IMG/VR virus record: IMGVR_UViG_3300002098_001673
Coordinates: 41,296-105,295 of that record
From: a virus
Length of the DNA stretch: 64,000 nt
Reading direction: 5' to 3' (one strand)
Shown here: positions 31,123 through 40,279 of the stretch, in pieces
How the letters are laid out: the number at the start of each line of letters is the position of its first letter
How positions within the stretch are numbered: position 1 is the stretch's first letter
Notes under the pieces: model-generated
Database searches by the model: none
Told to the model about the DNA's origin: nothing
The model's input: only the letters and a program-made list of their open reading frames with translations
Position numbers and translations under genes: made by a program

Positions 31123-34100
31123 TTAATATTCTAAATATTGATTATCCCCAACTATTAAATATTCGTCGACACTTATTAATAATGGGTTAATAAGTACAAT
31201 AGAAGTTGAAGTCGGTGTTGGCGTTGGTGTTTCAGTATAAGTTGGTGTAGGTGTTGGTGAAGATGGGTAGCAAGCCATAACACAATCCACATATCCTGGT
31301 TCACCTGTTAAATCATAAGCCCCTCCCACTGCAGGTATTAATGATAAAATTTCAAAAGTATAACCTCTATTTTCAGGATTATTATAGAAATATCCAATGG
31401 TTAAAGGTGTTGGTGACATAACAGTATATGTACCTACCAAACTACAAGGAGTTCCACAACTATAACCATTAACATCATAATAATACATTGTAGGAGTTTG
31501 AGTTGGAGTTTCTGCAGGAGTTTCGGTTATAGTTGGAGTTGGAGTCGGAGTTTCAGATTCAGTAATTGTTGGAGTTGGAGTTTCCGTATTTGTGATGGTT
31601 GGCGTTGGAGTTGGTTGAACCCCAATAGCACAAACATTTGTAACACCAAAACCATTTGTTAAAATTGAGAAGAATATATGTAATGGTTGAATTACCGAGT
31701 TTAAAGATGTATACAATAATATATTATTTTTGTAATATTTAACATCCATACCATTATAGTCCACTTTCCATACATCACTATCCGTATTAACCATAGAACC
31801 AGGAACTGTAACTTGATTGCCATTTTCATATATTTCTAAAAATGCGGGTTGTATGTAAAATCCGTATGAAATATTTTGATAAGTTTCAGAATAATTTGTT
31901 GGATTATATGAAAAACCTCCCATAAGGTAACCGCTACCTGAAATTTGGAATGTTAGTGAAACTGCATTTGAATATGTCTCTAATGAATATGCCGACGCAT
32001 TCCAACCTCCTTCTGATGTTTTTACTACAGAATTGGTTGTTGTTGTAACATTATCTCCTGATAATGTAATTGAATCACAAGTAAGGGGTATTGTTGATGT
32101 TGGAGTATTAGTTGGGGTTTCGGTAGGAGTTTCTGTTACAGTTGTGGTTGGTGTAAGAGTTTCGGTAATAGTAGGCGTTAGTGTATTTGTTGGCGTAGGT
32201 GTTGGAGTTATTGAAGTTGGTGTAGGTGTTGGAGTTATTGAAGTTGGTGTAGGTGTTGGAGTTGGAGTTGGGGGTATTGGTTCTAATATCTCATAATACA
32301 AGTCGTTATTTGGTATTATTTTATACGTAAAATCATTTGTAGGTGGAATTAATGAAATTGTTGAAGTTGGTGTAGGTGTTGGAGTTGGAGTTGGAGTTGT
32401 GGAACAATTATCTTGTTCTGCAAGTATAAATTCAGTATTTTGAGTAAGAATATCTTCATCATTTTCAGTTGTTAAATATAGTTTACAACTATCAAATGAA
32501 GAAGGTACTAAATCACATTTTAAACAGAATGGGTCTAATAAATTATATTTTTCTTTTAATAATTTAAAATTATGTCTTATTTGAGAAGCGTTTAATGGTT
32601 CTGTATACATTCTAAATGCACTGATATCACCAATAAAACTACCACCAAAATATTCTTCTAAATGAATTTCAGTTGAAAGACCTTCATAAGATGTTTTATT
32701 TAAAACTTCTGTTGGTAAACATTCAGGGTCTTGCTGATATGTTATTCCAGATATGGAATCTGCGCATCCACTCACTGTTAAATTATCATGTAATCCTTGT
32801 GTACCACCACCCAATGAAATATTATATGCAACACCTATTTGTGTTTCTTTTGATGTATTGAGAGGTCTTGGAATTATTTCTTCAAAATTTTCAATAACCA
32901 TGAAAATCTTTCCATTAACAAAAAATTTTAATTTTCCTAATCTAAAATTCTTTTCTTCAATCCAAGTTTCGTTCATGTTAACAATCTCAACTTTAGGAGG
33001 ATTGTATGGATTTTCATGTGTTGTTGGAGGTTCAATTAAACTAACACTATTATTTTGAAGTGTTGCTTCATACACGTCAAAAATAATTTGACCTGTACCT
33101 CCTTTAAATTCTAAATCACATTTATCGAGATATGTATTCCTTTCAAAAACAGCGTCTATTTGTACCCAACGTTCATAATCAGAATAATCTGTTAATAAAC
33201 AATCATCAAAAATTCCTCTTGTTGAGCACCATTCAGTAACTGAAGTACCTGTAGTATAAGTTATACCTGTTGAACAATATCCAGTTGTTTCACATCCACC
33301 AGTTATTGTAAAAGTTTTGGCACATAATTTAGGATTTCCAGTATCCCCACTTAATCTTAAAGACAATGCGTTTGAAACTTCATCATAAAGTGGATTAATT
33401 TCAGGAATAGATGAACTTACCGGACAATCACATCCGCAAGAACAATTACAATTTGTTACTGTAATTCCTGATTGTTGATATACATGATGACAAGATGATA
33501 ACCCTGAAAGAGTTTCATCCAAACATTCGCAGGTTTTTAAACAATTTAAACCATGTGTTACTCTTATGTTTGAATAAATTGTAAATTCGCTCAAGTTTTC
33601 GGTAATATTACCTTCCACAAATTGATATGGACATGGTGACGCAAATGGCATGTCACCGTATGCTTCTGTATTATTTAAAAATACTCCTTCAGAATATCCA
33701 TCCCATATTGTTGTTGATGAACTTGTTAATGTAATATTAATTGATTCAATACTATTACTTGACCCATTCCTACCTGTTATTATTGAATAATCTCCATTTG
33801 GAGCAACTAATAGCATTCCAACATTTCCAGGGTAAGTATGACTATACCCTGATAATGTTAAATTTACTATTTCAATTTTAGAATCATAGTTTAAAACTTC
33901 AAAAGTGATTGGATATATCGAAGCGATTGAATCATCATTAATTAAAATATTTTTTTCTTTTGAATGATGGTCTACACATATGTTTGAAGAACATAAAGAT
34001 AATGTTGCAGAACTTAATGAACCAATATTATTACCTTCAAAATCTTGTATATATAATTTCCAAATACCATTTGCATCAGAATCAGTAAAAGGTTCTCCAT

Positions 34101-34869
34101 TCGCATAATGATAAAATTTATTTTCAGCTCTTGCTCCATAATAAAAGAAAGTTCCTTTATTATCAGGATATCTAGCATTCAATCCTACATTAGTATCTCC
34201 TGTCCATCTATATCTTAAAAGAAATTCTGTTGTCCAACCTAAACTATACCTTTCAGGTAAAACTTGATAGTCGTATCCAAATAATTGATAAAATCCTTGA
34301 TAGAATCCCCCTTTTAATGTTGCAAATCTTCCAACATCACCTACAGGGTCAACAGAATAAAATAAATTATAGTCATACGAATCGTCTTGAAAAATTCTAT
34401 TAGAAGGAGTTGTAAACCCTTGAATAGGGTGCATCTTAAATCTTCTATCGTATTTGTATCTACTAAATTTATCGCTTTCATTTGTGTATAAGCCAGTATT
34501 GACTTGAATTGTTTGTCCCGAAAAACTTCTAACAAGACCATTATCAATTCCAGTTAATCCAACATTACAAATGTTAGTTATTTTGCCACAATTTAAAAGG
34601 TCCAAATTTTTTGGGTTCCAATAATTTTCAGAAACAATAACATCTTTGTTAAAATCCATACAATTAACACACCCAACAGTATCATTACTGTTGATGTCAA
34701 ATTTTAACGGCATTCTATTTCCATCATCAATAGCAATAATAAATGGGGAAAAAACAACCTCTTGGTCGTAATCTTTTTCATCTGATGCTAATGAAATGTC
34801 GTATATCTCTCTTAGTGGCTGGAGATACCATTTGCGAAAATTATATTGATTTATATTTTGATATGACAT
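31123..34869 (-). CDS. Large virion surface protein: LamG-like, P-domain insert, Pro-Thr mucin-like linkers
   Basis: 1248 aa; FIGDISAFRMYTEPLNASQIRHNF LamG-like end; SHTYPG..MLLVAPNG; three TPTPTPT tracts; Cys-rich. Confidence 0.7.
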   Translation of the reverse strand: MSYQNINQYNFRKWYLQPLREIYDISLASDEKDYDQEVVFSPFIIAIDDGNRMPLKFDINSNDTVGCVNCMDFNKDVIVSENYWNPKNLDLLNCGKITNICNVGLTGIDNGLVRSFSGQTIQVNTGLYTNESDKFSRYKYDRRFKMHPIQGFTTPSNRIFQDDSYDYNLFYSVDPVGDVGRFATLKGGFYQGFYQLFGYDYQVLPERYSLGWTTEFLLRYRWTGDTNVGLNARYPDNKGTFFYYGARAENKFYHYANGEPFTDSDANGIWKLYIQDFEGNNIGSLSSATLSLCSSNICVDHHSKEKNILINDDSIASIYPITFEVLNYDSKIEIVNLTLSGYSHTYPGNVGMLLVAPNGDYSIITGRNGSSNSIESINITLTSSSTTIWDGYSEGVFLNNTEAYGDMPFASPCPYQFVEGNITENLSEFTIYSNIRVTHGLNCLKTCECLDETLSGLSSCHHVYQQSGITVTNCNCSCGCDCPVSSSIPEINPLYDEVSNALSLRLSGDTGNPKLCAKTFTITGGCETTGYCSTGITYTTGTSVTEWCSTRGIFDDCLLTDYSDYERWVQIDAVFERNTYLDKCDLEFKGGTGQIIFDVYEATLQNNSVSLIEPPTTHENPYNPPKVEIVNMNETWIEEKNFRLGKLKFFVNGKIFMVIENFEEIIPRPLNTSKETQIGVAYNISLGGGTQGLHDNLTVSGCADSISGITYQQDPECLPTEVLNKTSYEGLSTEIHLEEYFGGSFIGDISAFRMYTEPLNASQIRHNFKLLKEKYNLLDPFCLKCDLVPSSFDSCKLYLTTENDEDILTQNTEFILAEQDNCSTTPTPTPTPTPTSTISLIPPTNDFTYKIIPNNDLYYEILEPIPPTPTPTPTPTSITPTPTPTSITPTPTPTNTLTPTITETLTPTTTVTETPTETPTNTPTSTIPLTCDSITLSGDNVTTTTNSVVKTSEGGWNASAYSLETYSNAVSLTFQISGSGYLMGGFSYNPTNYSETYQNISYGFYIQPAFLEIYENGNQVTVPGSMVNTDSDVWKVDYNGMDVKYYKNNILLYTSLNSVIQPLHIFFSILTNGFGVTNVCAIGVQPTPTPTITNTETPTPTITESETPTPTPTITETPAETPTQTPTMYYYDVNGYSCGTPCSLVGTYTVMSPTPLTIGYFYNNPENRGYTFEILSLIPAVGGAYDLTGEPGYVDCVMACYPSSPTPTPTYTETPTPTPTSTSIVLINPLLISVDEYLIVGDNQYLEY
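31205..32400 (-). repeat. Pro-Thr coding repeat tracts
   Basis: GTTGGA/GTTGGT hexamer runs at about 31205-31260, 31490-31615, 32100-32275 and 32360-32400; unit TTGAAGTTGGTGTAGGTGTTGGAGTT recurs at 32211, 32238 and 32361. Confidence 0.9.
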
Positions 34870-34920
34870 AAACTTATGATAAATACTTTATTAACGAGTA
34901 TTTATAGTAAAAAAGAACTA

Positions 34921-35754
34921 ATGATTACAATTGATAAAGAATTTTTTTCATCTCCATACTATTTTTACCTTAGAGATAAAGGAAAAGAGTATTCATTATA
35001 TTTTTCTTCAGAAAAAACATTAACTGAGGCAAGAAAAAAAGACGAAGTAATTAAAATACCAAAAAGAAAAATTAAGGATATTAAAAATTATCTTGAAAAG
35101 ATTCTTAAAGAAAAAAATAAAAAATCTACAAAAGATATTAAAGGTGAAATAGAAGAATTGGTAAATGCTGATGGAGCAATGTCAAATTCAAAAATACCAA
35201 TTTTAGACCCAAGATTACACCCTAAAAAAACTATGGACCAAACGGTTTCTGCTGCAAGAATTACAAACGACCCCATTACTCGTGGATATAGAACTTATTA
35301 TGGCGAATCTGTTGAGGAAGATGTGAATGAAATAGATATGTCGGGAGCTTTTGGATATGAAGAAACAAAAGATTTAGATGGAAAAGAAACGTACAAATAT
35401 TTTAAAGATAAATTAGATATGGATGATTCTGAGGCTGAAGAAAGAACAAAACAACAAGGAAAAGACCCATCAGGGAATAAAGATAAAAAATCAAAATATT
35501 ATGATGACCCAAATTTTATCTCAAGAGAAACTTTATCAGAAATTCAAAAACAAAAAATGATAAAAGTAGTTGAAGATATTTTAAAAGATAAAAAAAATTC
35601 AGACAATTCTGAAATTAGAAAAAAAGAACTTCCTAAAAATATTGATGAATTACCATTATTAATTAGAAAAAATTTAAAAAGTCTTTTGAATCATGTTGAA
35701 AAAAATGGATATTCAAAAGAAGATTTAATCAAACTTATAAAAAAAGATGAATAA
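34921..35754 (+). CDS. Hypothetical charged protein
   Basis: Long ORF; probable start 34921 after a TATTTAT motif. Confidence 0.65.
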   Translation: MITIDKEFFSSPYYFYLRDKGKEYSLYFSSEKTLTEARKKDEVIKIPKRKIKDIKNYLEKILKEKNKKSTKDIKGEIEELVNADGAMSNSKIPILDPRLHPKKTMDQTVSAARITNDPITRGYRTYYGESVEEDVNEIDMSGAFGYEETKDLDGKETYKYFKDKLDMDDSEAEERTKQQGKDPSGNKDKKSKYYDDPNFISRETLSEIQKQKMIKVVEDILKDKKNSDNSEIRKKELPKNIDELPLLIRKNLKSLLNHVEKNGYSKEDLIKLIKKDE

Positions 35755-36214
35755 ACATTTATACGATAAAAAAATTGAATTACCGAAAGAAAAAAGAGAA
35801 CATTTTAAAAAATGTTTTTTAATGGTAAAAAATGCGAATTCTAACATTGAAGGGTTTAATAGAAATAAAGAATTACAAAATAAAGAATTTATTACATATC
35901 AGCAGCTTAAAAGAATAAAAAACTTTTTTGATAATTTCAAGGGAAATCAAAATGAACCATCATTTATTCTTAATGGCGGTTTTGAAATAAAAAATTGGGT
36001 AAATAACGAATTAAGAAAAATGAGAGATTTTATTGATAATACAAAGAAAAATAAAATGGAAACTGGTATGCAAAATCAATATATTGACCCACACGAAAAA
36101 AAGGATTTTACTAATGTAAGACCTTCTCAAACTCACAAAAATACTGTTCAAAAATATGATACTGCAGTTACAGAATCTTTAAAAAGAATAAACGAATTAA
36201 TAATAAAATTATAA
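35747..36214 (+). CDS. Hypothetical protein
   Basis: ITYQQLKRIKNFFD...LNGG..IKNWV; overlapping operon structure. Confidence 0.65.
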   Translation: MNKHLYDKKIELPKEKREHFKKCFLMVKNANSNIEGFNRNKELQNKEFITYQQLKRIKNFFDNFKGNQNEPSFILNGGFEIKNWVNNELRKMRDFIDNTKKNKMETGMQNQYIDPHEKKDFTNVRPSQTHKNTVQKYDTAVTESLKRINELIIKL

Positions 36215-36218
36215 CAAT

Positions 36219-36518
36219 ATGGCAAATGAATTATCAATTGATTTAAGTCAAAATGTTGCAAATCAATTAACCGCTGTTGCAGACCAAGAAAGAGCTAGAT
36301 TAATACCTAAAAATGATTACTTTGAAAAAGGAAATCAATATTCATCAACAAGTCCTGATGCAGTTGCGGATGGTGATTCAAAGGGAAGAGGAACCGGTGT
36401 TTTTCTTGACGTTTACAATACAGCAGCTGGAACTATAGATGATGTGGTTGAAAGAAAAAACGAGGTAAAAATTAATAAATTTAACTCATCAAAACCTTAT
36501 CCGAATTTTCAAATATGA
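36219..36518 (+). CDS. Hypothetical protein
   Basis: Clean ORF, ATGA overlap with next gene. Confidence 0.65.
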   Translation: MANELSIDLSQNVANQLTAVADQERARLIPKNDYFEKGNQYSSTSPDAVADGDSKGRGTGVFLDVYNTAAGTIDDVVERKNEVKINKFNSSKPYPNFQI

Positions 36519-36895
36519 AACTTCAAGAATCATTAAAAAAATTAATATATGAAATTGCGTCTCTTGATAGCGTAATTGATTCTATAAAACAGAAGCAAAA
36601 AGTAATCATATATTATGATGGTGATGAACCTGGTGGTAGAGGTCTTAGAGAGATTGAACCAGTATGTTTAGGCGTAAGTAAATCAGGTAATAAAGTTGTG
36701 AGGGCTTGGGACAATGAAGGAGCTTCTCACACCAGTTATAAAGGAGAACAACCTTTACCAGGTTGGAGGCTTTTTAGATTGGATAAAATACTTTCTTTAA
36801 AGCCAACTGGAGAAAATTTTACAGAAATGAGACCAAATTTTAATCCTAATGGTGACAAAAGTATGGAAAGTGTTATTATTAATAGTAAATTTTAA
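36515..36895 (+). CDS. Stand-alone WYL-domain protein
   Basis: IYY...REIEPVCLG...VRAWD...WRLFRLDKI. Confidence 0.8.
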   Translation: MKLQESLKKLIYEIASLDSVIDSIKQKQKVIIYYDGDEPGGRGLREIEPVCLGVSKSGNKVVRAWDNEGASHTSYKGEQPLPGWRLFRLDKILSLKPTGENFTEMRPNFNPNGDKSMESVIINSKF

Positions 36896-36898
36896 TTT

Positions 36899-37516
36899 AT
36901 GGACAAACTAACGGAAAAATTAATAATGGCAAAGGCCATTATGGATAGAGCTGATACTATAAAAAATAGTAATGTGATTAATGGAGGACTACCTCCAACA
37001 TCTCTTCAGCAATTTGATGTTCCAAATGTAAAGTATAATATCCCTTCGGAATTTTTACAAGAAGAACCATCGCAAGAGACTAAACCATACTTATCTCAAA
37101 TACCAAAAGAAAATACAAAACCTGTTGGTGTTCCAAGTGTAGATGCAATAAAAAATTCTAAATTACCTGATGAAATTAAAAGATTAATGATTGAAAATCC
37201 GATAGCACAACCACAAATGCAATCAACAACTATATCAGATGAACTTGTTGAAAAAGCATCTAGATTAATGAAAGGAATAAATAATAACTATATTCCTGAA
37301 TCGGCAAAATCAAAAACTGTACAAGAACAACCTTCAAACAATTTAATTATTGATTATAAGTTAATTAAAAAAATGATTGATTCTTCAATTAATGAAGCAT
37401 TAAAAGAAAATGGATTACTTATAGAAAGTTCTGAAAAATCTAATGAAGTTTTTAGTTTTAAAGTTGGTAAACATATATTTGAAGGTAAAGTTACAAAAAT
37501 TAAAAAAATCTCATAA
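36899..37516 (+). CDS. Hypothetical protein
   Basis: NSKLPDEIKRLMIENPI; C-terminal KVGKHIFEGKVTK. Confidence 0.65.
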   Translation: MDKLTEKLIMAKAIMDRADTIKNSNVINGGLPPTSLQQFDVPNVKYNIPSEFLQEEPSQETKPYLSQIPKENTKPVGVPSVDAIKNSKLPDEIKRLMIENPIAQPQMQSTTISDELVEKASRLMKGINNNYIPESAKSKTVQEQPSNNLIIDYKLIKKMIDSSINEALKENGLLIESSEKSNEVFSFKVGKHIFEGKVTKIKKIS

Positions 37517-37574
37517 TAGCATCTTTCTTTCTCTAATTTAAATTACTATATTTTATAAAATATATTAATTTATT

Positions 37575-38786
37575 ATGTCAAAAATTAAAGTTTTAGTAGT
37601 ACCTTCAGATAGAACAGGTGTTGGTAAATTTAGGTCAGTTGACCCTCATATTTTCTTACAAAACCTATATCCTAATGAATTTCATGTAGACATCATTTAC
37701 GATGTACCATTAGACGACCTTTCTTTTTGGAAAGAATATCAAATTGTTGCTTTTCATAGAAGTCTTCATCCTGACTTTGAAAAGTCTAATATTTTAATTC
37801 AAAAATTAAATAAATTAGGAATTGCAACTGTTGGTGATATTGATGATTATTGGATGCCAGGTAAAGAACATCCTATTCATGATATAATTGTTGAAAACAA
37901 AATTCATGAGAAAATTGTCGCTAATTTAAAAGTTGCAAAATATGTTACTACAACAACAACTTTATTTGCGGATGAAATTAAGAAGTTAAATAAAAATGTT
38001 TTTATTTTTCCAAACGCAATTAACCCCAAAGAATCACAATTCTGTGAACCAACTTTAGAATCTGATAGATTAAGAATCGGATGGTTAGGAGGTTCTTCGC
38101 ATTTACATGATTTAGAATTATTGAATCAATCCTTTAGTAAATTATCTCACTTAAAAAATGATTTACAATATGTATTGTGCGGATTTGATACAAGAGGAAG
38201 TGTTACTGAAATAAATAAAGAAACGGGTGAACATAAAAAAAGAAATATTCTTCCTGAAGAAACTGTATGGTCGACATATGAAAAAATATTCACACAAAAT
38301 TATTCTATTGTATCTCCTGAATATCAAAAATATCTCTTAAATTATAAAGAAGAAGTTTTTGATAATGAAATAAATGAATCATATATTAGAGTTTGGACAA
38401 GGCCTGTTAATTCATATGCTAAAAATTATTCTAAATTTGATGTATCTTTATCCCCTATTAAAAATCATATGTTTAATAGGATGAAATCACAATTAAAGGT
38501 TATTGAAGCAGGATTTTATAAAAAGGCATTAATCGCATCTAACTTAGGACCATATACAATAGATTTGAAACATTGCTTACAAAATGGTAATTTTGTTGAC
38601 GGAAACGCTTTATTGGTTGATGAAAATAGAAATCATTCTGATTGGGCTAAGAACATAGAAAAATTACTTAAGAATAGAAATATGGTTAAAGATATGGGTG
38701 AAAGATTATATGAAACAGTAAAAGACACATATGACCTTAATGTTGTAACAAAAAATAGAGCAGAATTTTATAAATCAATTATATGA
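37575..38786 (+). CDS. GT-B (GT4-like) glycosyltransferase
   Basis: DIDDYW, IGWLGGSSH..DL, FNRMKSQLKVIEAG, LIASNLGPY. Confidence 0.85.
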   Translation: MSKIKVLVVPSDRTGVGKFRSVDPHIFLQNLYPNEFHVDIIYDVPLDDLSFWKEYQIVAFHRSLHPDFEKSNILIQKLNKLGIATVGDIDDYWMPGKEHPIHDIIVENKIHEKIVANLKVAKYVTTTTTLFADEIKKLNKNVFIFPNAINPKESQFCEPTLESDRLRIGWLGGSSHLHDLELLNQSFSKLSHLKNDLQYVLCGFDTRGSVTEINKETGEHKKRNILPEETVWSTYEKIFTQNYSIVSPEYQKYLLNYKEEVFDNEINESYIRVWTRPVNSYAKNYSKFDVSLSPIKNHMFNRMKSQLKVIEAGFYKKALIASNLGPYTIDLKHCLQNGNFVDGNALLVDENRNHSDWAKNIEKLLKNRNMVKDMGERLYETVKDTYDLNVVTKNRAEFYKSII

Positions 38787-39484
38787 TAAATGTACCAATT
38801 ACAAAATTATTATTTTTAGACATTGAAACTGTTGGTGTTGAACCCGATTGGGATTCATTGGTCAAAAATAAAAAAGAATTATCTTTTCAGTTTGAAAACT
38901 ATTTTGATTGGTTTCAAAAAAGATTTCCTGAAGATGCAAATAAACCTGTGGGTGAAATGTTTGTTAACAGAGCGGCATTAGTTCCAGAATTTGCAAGAAT
39001 TGCATGTGTTAGTGTTTCTTTTGTAACCGAAAAAGATGAAATAAAAACACAATCTTTTAGTGATTTTGATGAAAAAAAATTACTTACAGATGTTCAAAAA
39101 TTATTATATAGAATAGGTGAGCTTGGATTTTTCTTATGTGGACATAATGTTAAAGGATTTGATATTCCAATGTTAGCTAAAAGAATGATAATGAATGGAT
39201 TAATGCCTCCAAAAATTTTGCCAGGCCATGATACTAAACCATGGGAAATTAAAGCTCTTGATACTAAAGACCTTTGGCAATACGGTGGATATGGTTCAAT
39301 TGCTTCTCTAGAACTTATGTGTGTATGTTTAGGTGTTGAGTCATCTAAAAATATGGAAGTTACAGGTAATAAAGTCCATGAAGCTTTTTGGGTAAAAAAA
39401 GATATTGATGGGATTGTTAAATATTGCGAAAAAGATGTTGCTGTTTTAATCGATGTTATAAAAAAACTTATAAAACTTAAATAA
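38783..39484 (+). CDS. PolB-related 3'-5' exonuclease (DnaQ-like)
   Basis: FLDIETV, GHNVKGFDIP, YCEKDV. Confidence 0.85.
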   Translation: MINVPITKLLFLDIETVGVEPDWDSLVKNKKELSFQFENYFDWFQKRFPEDANKPVGEMFVNRAALVPEFARIACVSVSFVTEKDEIKTQSFSDFDEKKLLTDVQKLLYRIGELGFFLCGHNVKGFDIPMLAKRMIMNGLMPPKILPGHDTKPWEIKALDTKDLWQYGGYGSIASLELMCVCLGVESSKNMEVTGNKVHEAFWVKKDIDGIVKYCEKDVAVLIDVIKKLIKLK

Positions 39485-40098
39485 TGGAAAAAAATTTAGA
39501 TTCTAAATTATTAGAAGAAATTCAAAAACAATTTGAAAAAATTAAGTCTGATGCGGAAATTGAACCTGATGAGTTAACTCAAAATAGTATAGATGAGTTA
39601 TTCAATCTTTCATTTGATGAAATGACCGATGAAATGAATAATATTTTAAAACTTAAAAAAATAAAAGTTAAACGATTACATCCGGATGCTGTTTTACCTA
39701 AATACAATTATGGTAGTGACTCCGGATTTGATTTATACTCTATTGAGGGAATAACAATACCTCCGTTTGGAAGAGCATTAGTTCCTACAGGAATATCTGT
39801 ACAGTTTGATGAGAATCTTGAAATTCAAGTCAGACCAAAAAGTGGGTTAGCTTTAAATATGGGATTAACCGTATTAAATACTCCTGGTACTGTCGACCAA
39901 GGATATACAGGAGAGATTAAAGTAATTGTATTCAATACAAATAACAATTCAGTTATGATTGAAAAAGGTATGAAAATTGCTCAGGGTGTTTTGTGTCCAG
40001 TAATGAATGGAAAATATGTTGAAATTGAGGATGTTGATAACATAGAAGATTCGGATAGGGGAGATAATGGATTTGGTAGTACTGGTATAAAACTTTAA
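39484..40098 (+). CDS. dut: dUTPase with acidic N-terminal extension
   Basis: SGFDL, RPKSGLA, GTVDQGYTGE, IAQ, RGDNGFGSTG. Confidence 0.95.
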   Translation: MEKNLDSKLLEEIQKQFEKIKSDAEIEPDELTQNSIDELFNLSFDEMTDEMNNILKLKKIKVKRLHPDAVLPKYNYGSDSGFDLYSIEGITIPPFGRALVPTGISVQFDENLEIQVRPKSGLALNMGLTVLNTPGTVDQGYTGEIKVIVFNTNNNSVMIEKGMKIAQGVLCPVMNGKYVEIEDVDNIEDSDRGDNGFGSTGIKL

Positions 40099-40108
40099 AT
40101 AAATCTGT

Positions 40109-40279
40109 ATGGGTAAATATTATGAAAATTTAGGAGATTTAAACAAATTGGTTAAAAAATTAGATAAAAAAAATAATTTATCTGAATTTATTTTATCTTG
40201 TTTAATTTTTGCAAAAGAACATCCTGAAATGAGTATTCACGAAATTATAAAAAAATCTAAAGAAAAATGGGACAAATGA
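40109..40279 (+). CDS. Small hypothetical protein (not in ORF track)
   Basis: 56 aa MGKYYENLGD...KEKWDK*, fills the gap with an ATGA overlap to the next gene. Confidence 0.55.
   Translation: MGKYYENLGDLNKLVKKLDKKNNLSEFILSCLIFAKEHPEMSIHEIIKKSKEKWDK

Noticed and set aside
32033-32296. Val/Gly-rich 87 aa plus-strand ORF
   Set aside because: Antisense shadow of the Pro-Thr repeat tract
31205-32400. Short tandem repeats as possible CRISPR array or DGR repeat
   Set aside because: No unique spacers; fully explained by Pro-Thr codons; no reverse transcriptase or cas gene in the window
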